From: a virus
DNA length: 64,000 nucleotides
Virus record (IMG/VR): IMGVR_UViG_3300036861_000610
Location: 1 to 64,000 of that record
Reading direction: 5' to 3' (one strand)
Each line of letters starts with the position of its first letter. Position 1 is the stretch's first letter. Both the position numbers and the translations under genes were made by a program. The notes beneath the pieces were generated by a model. It was not told where the DNA came from. It did not search any database and saw nothing but the letters and a program-made list of their open reading frames with translations. Shown one piece after another: positions 9,557 through 17,991 of the stretch.

Positions 9557-9820
9557 ATGCCAACGAGCGTTTTCCGTCAGGGGAGGTGGCTGGATGTTTT
9601 CGTACCTCGCGGCGATGGACTTATCCCTGTTTGGCTTCGAAGAGGTGACGAGAAGATCCTCCTCTGCCAAATCCAGAACACTGGTCGGTTCGGCTGGACC
9701 GTTGTCGTGTCGGGGGACGTTCGGGGCGTTCGATTGGTCAACGGATTCAAACAGCGATGGCAGGCGATCCGGTACGCCATTGACATCAGGCTTGACCTGG
9801 GACATGAAAGGTCTGATTAG
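9557..9820 (+). CDS. Hypothetical protein
   Basis: In operon order; TAGTG overlap with next gene. Confidence 0.6.
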   Translation: MPTSVFRQGRWLDVFVPRGDGLIPVWLRRGDEKILLCQIQNTGRFGWTVVVSGDVRGVRLVNGFKQRWQAIRYAIDIRLDLGHERSD

Positions 9821-10248
9821 TGACTGAGTACTGGATCTGGAACAACACCGAAGGCGGCTGGTGGGACAAACATGGCAGCGGCTACACCCGCAAGCTACAC
9901 GAGGCCGGCCGTTTTGCTGAGCAGGTCGCCCGGGAGCGGCTCCAGGGCACCAACATGGCCGTCGCGCCCACCGACCACCCAGACGAGGTGATGATCCCAG
10001 TCAACAACACCTTCCTGCCGGCCGAGGCGCAGCGCATCCTGGCCGAGTACGAGGCAACCGGCGACCATACGGTCATCGACAACGCCTACTTCGCCGCCCA
10101 AAATAAGGCGCTCGTCGCCAGTGACGCCTTTCAGGAGTCTTGGGGCCAGTTCCTTCGCGGCGAAGGCCAAGAAATTGACCAGGATATCGACTTCCCGGAA
10201 ATCCGGGAGGAATCCACTGGAGAAGGAGAAACGCATGGACATCGGTAA
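9820..10248 (+). CDS. Hypothetical protein
   Basis: WIW...WW....GYT..L.EAGRF motif, common in phage proteins. Confidence 0.7.
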   Translation: MTEYWIWNNTEGGWWDKHGSGYTRKLHEAGRFAEQVARERLQGTNMAVAPTDHPDEVMIPVNNTFLPAEAQRILAEYEATGDHTVIDNAYFAAQNKALVASDAFQESWGQFLRGEGQEIDQDIDFPEIREESTGEGETHGHR

Positions 10249-10372
10249 GGAGATCCGCGAGGTTGAGTTCGAGGACCCGGCCGCCGTACCCGCGCCCGTC
10301 GAGCCCTCGACTCCCGCGGAACCCGTCACCGCGCCGGCTGAGACGCCGGCCGAGGTACCGGTCGGCGTCTGA
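10235..10372 (+). CDS. Short acidic Pro/Ala-rich peptide
   Basis: SD AAGGAG; MDIGKEIREVEFEDPAAVPAPVEP... Confidence 0.7.
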   Translation: MDIGKEIREVEFEDPAAVPAPVEPSTPAEPVTAPAETPAEVPVGV

Positions 10373-10393
10373 CCGCCTGAAGGGGCCCGAGGA

Positions 10394-10951
10394 ATGAACG
10401 GTCCGTACGAGGGGGAAGTTGCAGTAGTTCCCGGCACTCTGCGGGGCTATCGGTTCTGGCGTTTCGACAATCAGAGCCTGGAACTTTTCCCTATGCACAT
10501 CAACCTCGGGCCCTGGGTGCGGGGAACCAACCTGGCATTCTGTGCCAGCGACGACAGCCTGGCTGATGACGTACCAGGTGTCGATGCGGCCGGCTCCCCG
10601 ATGCATCACCAATGGGACTGGGAGAAGTTCCCCGCCCCCCAGGCTGACTGTAGCTGCGGGATCTACGCCACCTACGACCCAAAGGTGTATCGGACGCATA
10701 GGCCTAGGTTTTGGCTCGACTACGGGCCAGACTCCCCGAGTCGCATCGTCCATGGGTCGATCAAGGCAAGTGGTCGGATGTTGCTCGGTGCGCGCGGATT
10801 CCGTGCCGCTAGGGCCGAGGTCGAAGCGCTGTGGGGATGGCGTGCGCGGGTTGCCGCCAACATCTACGACGTTCCCTGGTTTCGCACCAAGAGAAGCTTC
10901 CTGAAGGCTTACCCACCTCATAACCTGTCTGGACTTCTGGAGGAGAAATGA
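10394..10951 (+). CDS. Hypothetical enzyme-like protein (GYRxW/CxCGxYA/GFRA family)
   Basis: Motifs shared with 10948 ORF. Confidence 0.75.
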   Translation: MNGPYEGEVAVVPGTLRGYRFWRFDNQSLELFPMHINLGPWVRGTNLAFCASDDSLADDVPGVDAAGSPMHHQWDWEKFPAPQADCSCGIYATYDPKVYRTHRPRFWLDYGPDSPSRIVHGSIKASGRMLLGARGFRAARAEVEALWGWRARVAANIYDVPWFRTKRSFLKAYPPHNLSGLLEEK

Positions 10952-11880
10952 TTCCCGAGAAAACGCACTTCAGTGGAGATTCCGACAGGGAATTCGTTGC
11001 TGGATTTCTGCGCGGCTATCGGGCCTGGGTCAGTCGCGACAGTGCGAGGTTGCGGTCAACGTCGATGATCCGGTACTTCTGGAATTCTGGAGTCAATACC
11101 TCCCAGTGTTTTAGGTTGACTGAACTCGAAGAGATATTGGCCCATGACCATACGTATGGGTGCAATGACAGGTTCTGCACGTTGGGTCCAGGCTCCTTTT
11201 CCAGAGAACAAATTCTCCTCGAATACCAAAATCTGCTTGGGCACGAAACCCCATCTATAGACGGTGTATGCATTTCCTGCGGGTTCTACGCCCTACACAG
11301 CCCATACTTGTCGCCCGCAGTAAGGGCGGCGTACCTCACAGACCAACCGGACGTCTACGGCAGCATCAAGGCAACGGGGAAAGTCGTGGTAGGGGAACTC
11401 GGCTTCCGGGCGCAATACGCAGAAATCGAAGCCATCGCGGGCCCCGAGGGCGAAAAATACGCCAAGCACTATGGAGTTCCCTGGTTTCCGGATGGACTGG
11501 ATGCCCTTGCCGAAACCTTCCCGCCGACACGTTTGGAAGGGGTCAGCTATCAACCAATGACCAAACCGACCAAGTTTTCCATTCCCCTGGGGGGAGGGGC
11601 AGGGGTTATCGCGGTCTGGAATCCAGCAACGGGAACGTGGGACATTGTTGCCCAGCGAAGAAGTTCTCGACCGCGCACCAACACGCCTCCCGTGGCGCCT
11701 CCCCCTAGCCCCGCGCCCCTTCCTCTTGCGCCAGACCCCGTTGACGAACCCGTCGAGCAAGCTGAACCAATCCAGGTTCAGCCTGAATCCCAGACATCAG
11801 GCCGCCGCCGTCTATGGAAGCGATTTCGTCGACTGGACACCCGGCACTGGTTCTGGGGGATCAAGCTTGATGACGAATAA
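10948..11880 (+). CDS. Hypothetical enzyme-like protein (paralog of 10394) with Pro-rich tail
   Basis: LRGYRAW, CISCGFYA, GSIKATG, GFRAQYAEIEAI. Confidence 0.75.
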   Translation: MIPEKTHFSGDSDREFVAGFLRGYRAWVSRDSARLRSTSMIRYFWNSGVNTSQCFRLTELEEILAHDHTYGCNDRFCTLGPGSFSREQILLEYQNLLGHETPSIDGVCISCGFYALHSPYLSPAVRAAYLTDQPDVYGSIKATGKVVVGELGFRAQYAEIEAIAGPEGEKYAKHYGVPWFPDGLDALAETFPPTRLEGVSYQPMTKPTKFSIPLGGGAGVIAVWNPATGTWDIVAQRRSSRPRTNTPPVAPPPSPAPLPLAPDPVDEPVEQAEPIQVQPESQTSGRRRLWKRFRRLDTRHWFWGIKLDDE

Positions 11881-11892
11881 GGGGGCAATCAA

Positions 11893-12708
11893 ATGAAAAT
11901 ACTGCTTGCCGGCGACACCCATGGCAACATCGTCCACTGCCAGTACCTCATCAGAACCGCGCTCGCCAAAGAGTGCGACTCGGTGTTTATCCTGGGCGAC
12001 TTCGGCTACTGGGAGCACCAGAAGGCTGGGGTGAAGTTCCTCGACCGGCTCAACGAGTACGCCTCCGCCCTCGGCATGTTGGTGTACTTCCTCGACGGCA
12101 ACCACGACAAGACCTCGCTGTTGATGGAAAAGTATGGCGACCTGCGTAATGAGGAAGGCTTCGTCATTGTCCGGCCGAACGTTCTGTATGCCCCTCGCGG
12201 TCATCGGTGGACCTGGGACCATGGGGTACGGTTCATCGCGCTCGGGGGCGCCTACAGCGTTGATAAGGACTGGCGCCTCCAGGAGGAGGAGCTGCACCCC
12301 GGCAAGTACGGAGGCCCGGAGACTCTGTGGTTTCCAGAGGAAGAGATGTCCGACGAGGACATGGATCGCTTCCTGGAAGATCGCACATCAGTGGATGTCA
12401 TGCTCGCGCACGACAAGCCGCGTTCGTCAAACCCTCGATGGAACCGTAAAGACTTCTTAGAATGCCTGCCAAACCAGGACCGACTGCAGCGCGCCATGCG
12501 AGCTTTGACGCCCAAGGCGTTTTTCCATGGTCACCTGCACTTCTTCTACACCGATGAGGTCTGGTACGGCCATGACGGAATCACCCGAGACATGGCCACC
12601 ACGAAAGTCATGGGCCTGCTGTGTAACCCGGAGGCCGGCGACTCGACCTACGTGAACAAGACCTTGTCCTGGCAAGTTTTCGACACCGCAGCAGCGTGGT
12701 GGCGGTAG
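11893..12708 (+). CDS. Calcineurin-like metallophosphoesterase
   Basis: GDTHG, GDFG, GNHD, AHD, HGHLH motifs. Confidence 0.9.
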   Translation: MKILLAGDTHGNIVHCQYLIRTALAKECDSVFILGDFGYWEHQKAGVKFLDRLNEYASALGMLVYFLDGNHDKTSLLMEKYGDLRNEEGFVIVRPNVLYAPRGHRWTWDHGVRFIALGGAYSVDKDWRLQEEELHPGKYGGPETLWFPEEEMSDEDMDRFLEDRTSVDVMLAHDKPRSSNPRWNRKDFLECLPNQDRLQRAMRALTPKAFFHGHLHFFYTDEVWYGHDGITRDMATTKVMGLLCNPEAGDSTYVNKTLSWQVFDTAAAWWR

Positions 12709-12726
12709 AGGAAAAGGAACACCAAC

Positions 12727-12903
12727 ATGGCCAAGAGGGCTTGCAGCAACTGTAGTGGCCAGGGAACTATCCCTTTCACCTGCGGTAAATGCCGAGGAAC
12801 TGGAGAATTTGGTGACCATAGACAATGCACTGACTGCGGCGGTTCCGGTAAATGGCGCATCACCTGCCAGGTGTGTAGGGGAACGGGACAAGTAAATGCC
12901 TGA
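12727..12903 (+). CDS. DnaJ-type zinc-ribbon microprotein (ZnF-2)
   Basis: MAKRACSNCSGQG..CGKCRGTG..CTDCGGSG..CQVCRGTG; SD AGGA; below the ORF-track cutoff. Confidence 0.8.
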   Translation: MAKRACSNCSGQGTIPFTCGKCRGTGEFGDHRQCTDCGGSGKWRITCQVCRGTGQVNA

Positions 12904-13006
12904 CAAGGACGGTAACGAGACCGCTGACGAGGCGAAGCTCCGCGAAATGGTGCGCCGCGAAGAGGAGCGACGCGCCCGTGAGAAGCGAGAAAAGGGCCAA
13001 GAGTAA
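12896..13006 (+). CDS. Short charged helical peptide
   Basis: MPDKDGNETADEAKLREMVRREEERRAREKREKGQE; TAATG coupling to next gene. Confidence 0.55.
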   Translation: MPDKDGNETADEAKLREMVRREEERRAREKREKGQE

Positions 13007-13194
13007 TGACCCATACCCAGTGTCCAAAATGCAAGGGTGCCTGCAACTTCTCTGTTCTGTGCGGCCCGTGCGGCGGAACCGGCAACACGGCCTCGGGTAA
13101 TGGTCACGGCCAGAAGAAATGTACCCAGTGTGGTGGCTCGGGACGCTGGTGGAAGGTCTGCGACCGGTGCGGCGGCACAGGTTACCTGCAATAA
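13006..13194 (+). CDS. DnaJ-type zinc-ribbon microprotein (ZnF-3)
   Basis: CPKCKG..CGPCGGTG..CTQCGGSG..CDRCGGTG. Confidence 0.8.
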   Translation: MTHTQCPKCKGACNFSVLCGPCGGTGNTASGNGHGQKKCTQCGGSGRWWKVCDRCGGTGYLQ

Positions 13195-13206
13195 CGATGA
13201 GATCGA

Positions 13207-13350
13207 ATGGCTACCTGCAGCAGATGTAACGGGAATGGACACCTCGTCCAGCGCTGCCTCGTCTGCCTTGGCAGCGGTGTTGTGAACCGTGGCCCGAAGG
13301 AAGGTAAGGAGAAGTGCACCCAGTGCGGCGGCACCGGTAACACCAAGTAA
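13207..13350 (+). CDS. DnaJ-type zinc-ribbon microprotein (ZnF-4, three motifs)
   Basis: MATCSRCNGNG..CLVCLGSG..CTQCGGTG. Confidence 0.7.
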   Translation: MATCSRCNGNGHLVQRCLVCLGSGVVNRGPKEGKEKCTQCGGTGNTK

Positions 13351-13378
13351 ACCCAACGGAAGAAGGAGAACGATCACG

Positions 13379-13558
13379 ATGGCTGTCAACTGCAACAACT
13401 GCTCCGGCACTGGTCGGAAGTCCAAGCCCTGTACTGGCCCATGTCGAGGCAGTGGCGTGTTCTTCGAGGGCAAGACCAAGCGCACCTGCGGTACCTGCAG
13501 CGGCACTGGCATCCTCTGGGAGTCGTGCGGCACCTGCAGCGGTACCGGTAAGCGCTAA
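13379..13558 (+). CDS. DnaJ-type zinc-ribbon microprotein (ZnF-5)
   Basis: SD AAGGAG; CNNCSGTG..CTGPCRGSG..CGTCSGTG..CGTCSGTG. Confidence 0.8.
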   Translation: MAVNCNNCSGTGRKSKPCTGPCRGSGVFFEGKTKRTCGTCSGTGILWESCGTCSGTGKR

Positions 13559-13597
13559 GGTCTTGCTTTTTCTCCTACTCTTCTGAACACTGGGTAC

Positions 13598-13807
13598 ATG
13601 TTAGCTATCCCCGTGACCTTGACTGTGGCAGTTCTGCTGGTGATCTACCGTCCAGTCCTGACTTTGCTGGGCGCCGCGGTCGAGGCATGGGGGTACGCCA
13701 GGATTAACGGCTTGTCCATGAACCTGGCGTATCGGCTCCTCTACTACAGCCTCGTGTGGGCAGTTGGTGGGGCCGGCGCCATCGCCCTGACCTGGAATCT
13801 CTGGTGA
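13598..13807 (+). CDS. Small membrane protein
   Basis: Hydrophobic, 69 aa. Confidence 0.6.
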   Translation: MLAIPVTLTVAVLLVIYRPVLTLLGAAVEAWGYARINGLSMNLAYRLLYYSLVWAVGGAGAIALTWNLW

Positions 13808-14061
13808 ACGACTACCGGCCCAGATTTTCCTGGGAAGTGCACTACTACCTTGAGCGACGATGGCTCCGCTGGAGAGTCCACGCCAGCTACTCGCTCATAA
13901 ACCCGCCCGACAGGCGCGAGAGCCACAGCATCCAGATCGACCTGCCCGGCAGGTACTGGCTCAAGACGCGCGCCCACGCCGAGCTGAAGGTTGCACAGTT
14001 CGTCGCCCAGTACGGCGAGCCCCAGCCGTACGTGCCAGCAGTAAGGAGGGATCGCACATGA
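13804..14061 (+). CDS. Hypothetical protein
   Basis: GTGA/ATGA coupling. Confidence 0.6.
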   Translation: MNDYRPRFSWEVHYYLERRWLRWRVHASYSLINPPDRRESHSIQIDLPGRYWLKTRAHAELKVAQFVAQYGEPQPYVPAVRRDRT

Positions 14062-14306
14062 TGAATCACTTCCGGTGGCGCCCTCAATGGCACACGCGGC
14101 GCTATATACGCCACTGCCAGAAGCTTAACCGCTACTACGCCAAGTGCCAGAAGGTGGCCGGTGGCCACCACGCCGAGCTGCCGCACGTCAAGCGGTACTA
14201 CTGGCTCATCAACCAGGACAACCGTCGGACTAGACGTGACATGCAGCCGCAGTGGGAAGACCTGCAGCAACTCCAACAAGCCTGGACGAAGGACGTAGGG
14301 TCATGA
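14058..14306 (+). CDS. Hypothetical protein
   Basis: SD AAGGAGG. Confidence 0.65.
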   Translation: MMNHFRWRPQWHTRRYIRHCQKLNRYYAKCQKVAGGHHAELPHVKRYYWLINQDNRRTRRDMQPQWEDLQQLQQAWTKDVGS

Positions 14307-15049
14307 GCTTCCTTGACGACAGCGACCGGGAATACGTCGAGACTTCTCGTGTGGTGCAACTGAAAAGGCAGATCGCCGAAGCCTATGCGCGCAGCCGGAC
14401 AGGCACCCAGATGGACCCCTCATGGCTGCCGACCAACATCCCACGCACCACGACCAACATCTGGTACACCAGCGACCTGCACTTCGGCCACGCTCGGATT
14501 ATCGAGCTGTGCAACCGGCCATTCCGCGACGTCGACCACATGAACGAGCAGCTGGTCGAACGCTGGAACGCGAAGGTTACAGACGCCGACGTTGTGTTCA
14601 TCCTCGGCGACCTGGCCCTGGGCAAAATCGACGAAAGCTTGGAATGGGTCAAGCTCCTGCTCGGCCGCAAGATGCTCGTCCCCGGCAACCATGACCGCGT
14701 CTGGTCCGGCTACCCGAAGAAGGGCAAGCCGATCCGGCCGGTGGACATCGAACGGTACGAGGCCGCCGGCCTCTACATCATGGACGAGCAGATCCCGTAT
14801 GTCACCGAAGAAGGGGCGCCCACCTGGACGCTGTGCCACTTCCCTGACGTTGGCGACAGCCATGACGAAGACCGGTATGACGCGTGGCGACCCACGCCGC
14901 CGCACAAGCCAGACGTCATCGTGCACGGCCACGTTCACACCGCCTGGACCGAAAACGGCCCCAGAATCAACGTGGGGGTCGACGTGCGTGGCTACGAGCC
15001 GATGCACCAGGACGAAGTCCGCAAGCTGGCTGAAGCGGCGTGGGCCTGA
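14303..15049 (+). CDS. Calcineurin-like metallophosphoesterase
   Basis: SDLHFGH, LGD, GNHD, HFP, HGHVH, NVGVD. Confidence 0.9.
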   Translation: MSFLDDSDREYVETSRVVQLKRQIAEAYARSRTGTQMDPSWLPTNIPRTTTNIWYTSDLHFGHARIIELCNRPFRDVDHMNEQLVERWNAKVTDADVVFILGDLALGKIDESLEWVKLLLGRKMLVPGNHDRVWSGYPKKGKPIRPVDIERYEAAGLYIMDEQIPYVTEEGAPTWTLCHFPDVGDSHDEDRYDAWRPTPPHKPDVIVHGHVHTAWTENGPRINVGVDVRGYEPMHQDEVRKLAEAAWA

Positions 15050-15684
15050 TGACTGAGAAGGAGCGCAGGGAGCTGGCCAACCTGCATCGTGACGAGTTCG
15101 ACGAAGACTCAGGCGTTCCCGTGAAACCCAAGAGGCTTGGATCAGCGCCAGAGTTTGACGATCGGCCCTCGATGTATGAGGACCGGCTTACCGAGCTGCG
15201 CACCCGGGCCGAGGGCGCTGAGCGCCGACTGGCCGAACTGGAGGCACGGCATCGCGAAATTGTTGACGAGCTGACCGAACAGCAGGCCCTTTTCGACCTG
15301 CAGTGGCAGCGCATGGGGCAGGCCGCGGCCCGGTGGCGGGCTGAGGCCCCAGACGACCGCGCCCTGTCTTCACCGGATCTCGGCAGGCTTCTGGAATGGC
15401 TGATGGGCCAAATCGATGCCTTGGCCGCCGAGCTGGCCGAAGAACGCCGCCAGCACCGCAAGATGGCCGACTGGGCTGGTTTCAACGTCAACCAGGTTCG
15501 CGACATGCGCCCAGTTGTTGATGCAGCGAAGGAGTGGCTGGCTGCCGGAAACGCCGCCATCGGCCCAAAGGAAAAGGAAGTCTACGACGAGGCCGGACGG
15601 GTGCTTCGCCTTGCCGCCCGAGCCTTCGTCACCAAGGAGCATAAGCACGGGAGAGAGGAAGCTGATGGCGGGACTGCCACCTGA
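15049..15684 (+). CDS. Coiled-coil hypothetical protein
   Basis: TGATG overlap. Confidence 0.7.
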   Translation: MTEKERRELANLHRDEFDEDSGVPVKPKRLGSAPEFDDRPSMYEDRLTELRTRAEGAERRLAELEARHREIVDELTEQQALFDLQWQRMGQAAARWRAEAPDDRALSSPDLGRLLEWLMGQIDALAAELAEERRQHRKMADWAGFNVNQVRDMRPVVDAAKEWLAAGNAAIGPKEKEVYDEAGRVLRLAARAFVTKEHKHGREEADGGTAT

Positions 15685-15904
15685 CGGGGATTGGCTCGTT
15701 CAGCAGATTGGTGGCGAGGTCATCCTCTTCCACCGCTACACGGAGCGAGAGATTGTTCGCTTCGACCCCAGCGACGGCGACGCCGCCGCAAGGGCCCAGA
15801 AAGACATCGCCTTGTGTGCCGAGTTGGATGCCGAGCAGAAGTCTTTTGCCCACTTTTGGTCCGGATACTTCTACGCCCATGCCGGCCATCAAGGCAACGG
15901 CTGA
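15665..15904 (+). CDS. Hypothetical protein
   Basis: SD GAGG. Confidence 0.65.
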   Translation: MAGLPPDGDWLVQQIGGEVILFHRYTEREIVRFDPSDGDAAARAQKDIALCAELDAEQKSFAHFWSGYFYAHAGHQGNG

Positions 15905-15929
15905 TAGCAGAGGAGAAAGAGGAATCAGA

Positions 15930-16118
15930 ATGGCTGAAACTGTTCGCTGCAGCGCCTGCAACGGATCGGGGCGCATTACCTGCAACGGCAACGGTGGGGG
16001 CTCCGGCGTGTACTACCACGCCGGCAAAAAGGAAGCCGTTCGTTGCTCAAAATGTGCCGGCTCCGGCAAGACGAGCTGCTCCTTCTGCGGCGGCACCGGC
16101 GAGATGCCCAAGAGGTAG
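15930..16118 (+). CDS. DnaJ-type zinc-ribbon microprotein (ZnF-6)
   Basis: CSACNGSG..CNGNGGGSG (degenerate)..CSKCAGSG..CSFCGGTG; SD GAGGA. Confidence 0.8.
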   Translation: MAETVRCSACNGSGRITCNGNGGGSGVYYHAGKKEAVRCSKCAGSGKTSCSFCGGTGEMPKR

Positions 16119-16132
16119 AGATAGGTCAAGAA

Positions 16133-16333
16133 ATGGACTTTGGCCACAGTTTCCAACGGCTGACGCCGTTCGACTCCGCCTACAGGTGGAATAGGAACAA
16201 CCGCCGATGCGAGCACTGCCACGTCGGCGAGGACCAGGTAGACGTTGATCGCTGCCCAGTTCTCGTCGCACGGCAAGCAGGTCGGACGACTATCTCTGAA
16301 GCGCTGGACCATGCCCTGAAGGAGGCGTCATGA
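16133..16333 (+). CDS. Small Cys/His protein
   Basis: CEHC motif; coupled to next gene. Confidence 0.55.
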   Translation: MDFGHSFQRLTPFDSAYRWNRNNRRCEHCHVGEDQVDVDRCPVLVARQAGRTTISEALDHALKEAS

Positions 16334-16695
16334 CACATCGGGATCTCAACCAGGAATTCGGGGAAATCATCCTTGACGCCGTCAAGCGGCGCCTAGACCT
16401 GGTCGCGCTTGTCGTTGACGAACATCCGCCCAGCAACGACCCGCATATCCTGCGAGGACTCAACAACCCAATCTGCAGCGGCATGTGCCATCTCTACGTT
16501 AAGGAGACCAGCCCCGAGGCTGTGCGACGCACCGCCGAAGCCGACCTTCGTCGCTTAGAGCGGCACGACTTCTTCTATGCCAACACCAGCGATGCCGCCT
16601 GGACCCGGGCGCCGCGCTGCAGCTACGACAAAGAACTTTGGCCATGCGCCGAGGTTCGTGAACTTATGGAGGTGTACCAGATCCAGCCGATCTGA
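16330..16695 (+). CDS. Hypothetical protein
   Basis: SD AAGGAGG; H..C..C and H..C..WPC motifs. Confidence 0.7.
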   Translation: MTHRDLNQEFGEIILDAVKRRLDLVALVVDEHPPSNDPHILRGLNNPICSGMCHLYVKETSPEAVRRTAEADLRRLERHDFFYANTSDAAWTRAPRCSYDKELWPCAEVRELMEVYQIQPI

Positions 16696-16726
16696 AAATC
16701 CTGCTACGGGAAGGACACCTTGCTCC

Positions 16727-17050
16727 GTGAACGACCAGCGACTCATCAAGCACTACGTCCGGCAGGGCTTTGACTGGATCCAGGAAAACGGAACCAAGTA
16801 CGACCTCCAGCTCAGCCGCATCGATGTTGCCACATTCACCGTGAATTCTGTAGACCATTGCGTCCTGGCGCAGGCCTCTGGGCAGTCGTTCGGAGACATT
16901 ATGTTCACGATGTATCGAGACGGTGTCCATAACAACGAACCAGGCTGGGCCATGGCCCATGGATTCATGCCATTCGGCGATGAAGACACCATCGCCGTCA
17001 TTAACCAACACTGGCTCCATTTCATAGCTCAAACACCCACGGGGAACTGA
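16727..17050 (+). CDS. Hypothetical protein (paralog of 8587 ORF)
   Basis: SRIDxxTF..C.LAQA..HGF..W. Confidence 0.65.
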   Translation: MNDQRLIKHYVRQGFDWIQENGTKYDLQLSRIDVATFTVNSVDHCVLAQASGQSFGDIMFTMYRDGVHNNEPGWAMAHGFMPFGDEDTIAVINQHWLHFIAQTPTGN

Positions 17051-17097
17051 AGTTTTCGACTACAACACCGTGGTCGAATCACAGAAAGAGAACCCTC

Positions 17098-17901
17098 ATG
17101 GCAAAGGGCAAAATCCTGCTGGCAGCAATGCTCGCAGGCGCCCTGCTGGCGGCTCCGGCCTCAGCAGCGGCAAGCGAATCAAGCAGAACCCGGTTGGCCG
17201 TGGCGGACACGGTCAACGTCGGCCACGGTGTGGCCAAAAAGAAGGAACTGGCCGCCGCCACCGTCACGGTGACCGTGGCCCCCGGCGACACCCTCTCGGG
17301 GTTGGCGTCAAGGCACTGCGGCAACAGCACCTGGACCGGCATCTACCAGGACAACCAGTCGGTCGTCGGGAGCAACCCAAATCTGATCTACCCGGGCCAG
17401 GCCCTGGTAATCAACTGCGCTAGCGGTACGGCGGCCACCGCCCCCGACCCAGCGCCGGCAGCGCCCGCACCCGCGGCAGCACCCGCCTCATCCGGCTGGG
17501 TCGCCCCGGTGAACGCCTGCATCACCTCCGGATACGGCCCCCGTTGGGGCACATTCCACTACGGCGTCGACCTTGGCGCCGGCACAGGAGCACCGATCCA
17601 CGCCGTCACGAGCGGGACCGTGGTGAGCAGTGGCTGGATCTACTCCGGCTACGGCATCGACACCTTGATCCAGAACGACGCCGGTTTCTGGTCGCACTAC
17701 GCGCACCAGTCACAAACGATCGTGTCGCCCGGCCAGCACGTCGAGGTCGGACAGGTCATCGGATACGTAGGTTCGACCGGTGACGTCACCGGTCCGCACC
17801 TGCACTTCGAGATCTGGACGCGTGGGAGCTGGGGCTCCAGCAACCCGCAGATCAACCCTGTCCAGTTCATGGCCGACCGAGGCGTGACGCTGGGCTGCTA
17901 G
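17098..17901 (+). CDS. Secreted LysM + M23 peptidoglycan endopeptidase
   Basis: Signal peptide; LysM (VAPGDTLSGLA...NLIYPGQ); M23 motifs HYGVD, YAH, GPHLHFE. Confidence 0.92.
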   Translation: MAKGKILLAAMLAGALLAAPASAAASESSRTRLAVADTVNVGHGVAKKKELAAATVTVTVAPGDTLSGLASRHCGNSTWTGIYQDNQSVVGSNPNLIYPGQALVINCASGTAATAPDPAPAAPAPAAAPASSGWVAPVNACITSGYGPRWGTFHYGVDLGAGTGAPIHAVTSGTVVSSGWIYSGYGIDTLIQNDAGFWSHYAHQSQTIVSPGQHVEVGQVIGYVGSTGDVTGPHLHFEIWTRGSWGSSNPQINPVQFMADRGVTLGC

Positions 17902-17991
17902 CCCCCTCGGCCGGCGGTGCGGCACACTCAGCAGCACGCCGCACCGCCGGCCACCACCACCAAAGATCAACCCCGGAAAGGAAACACCCCC

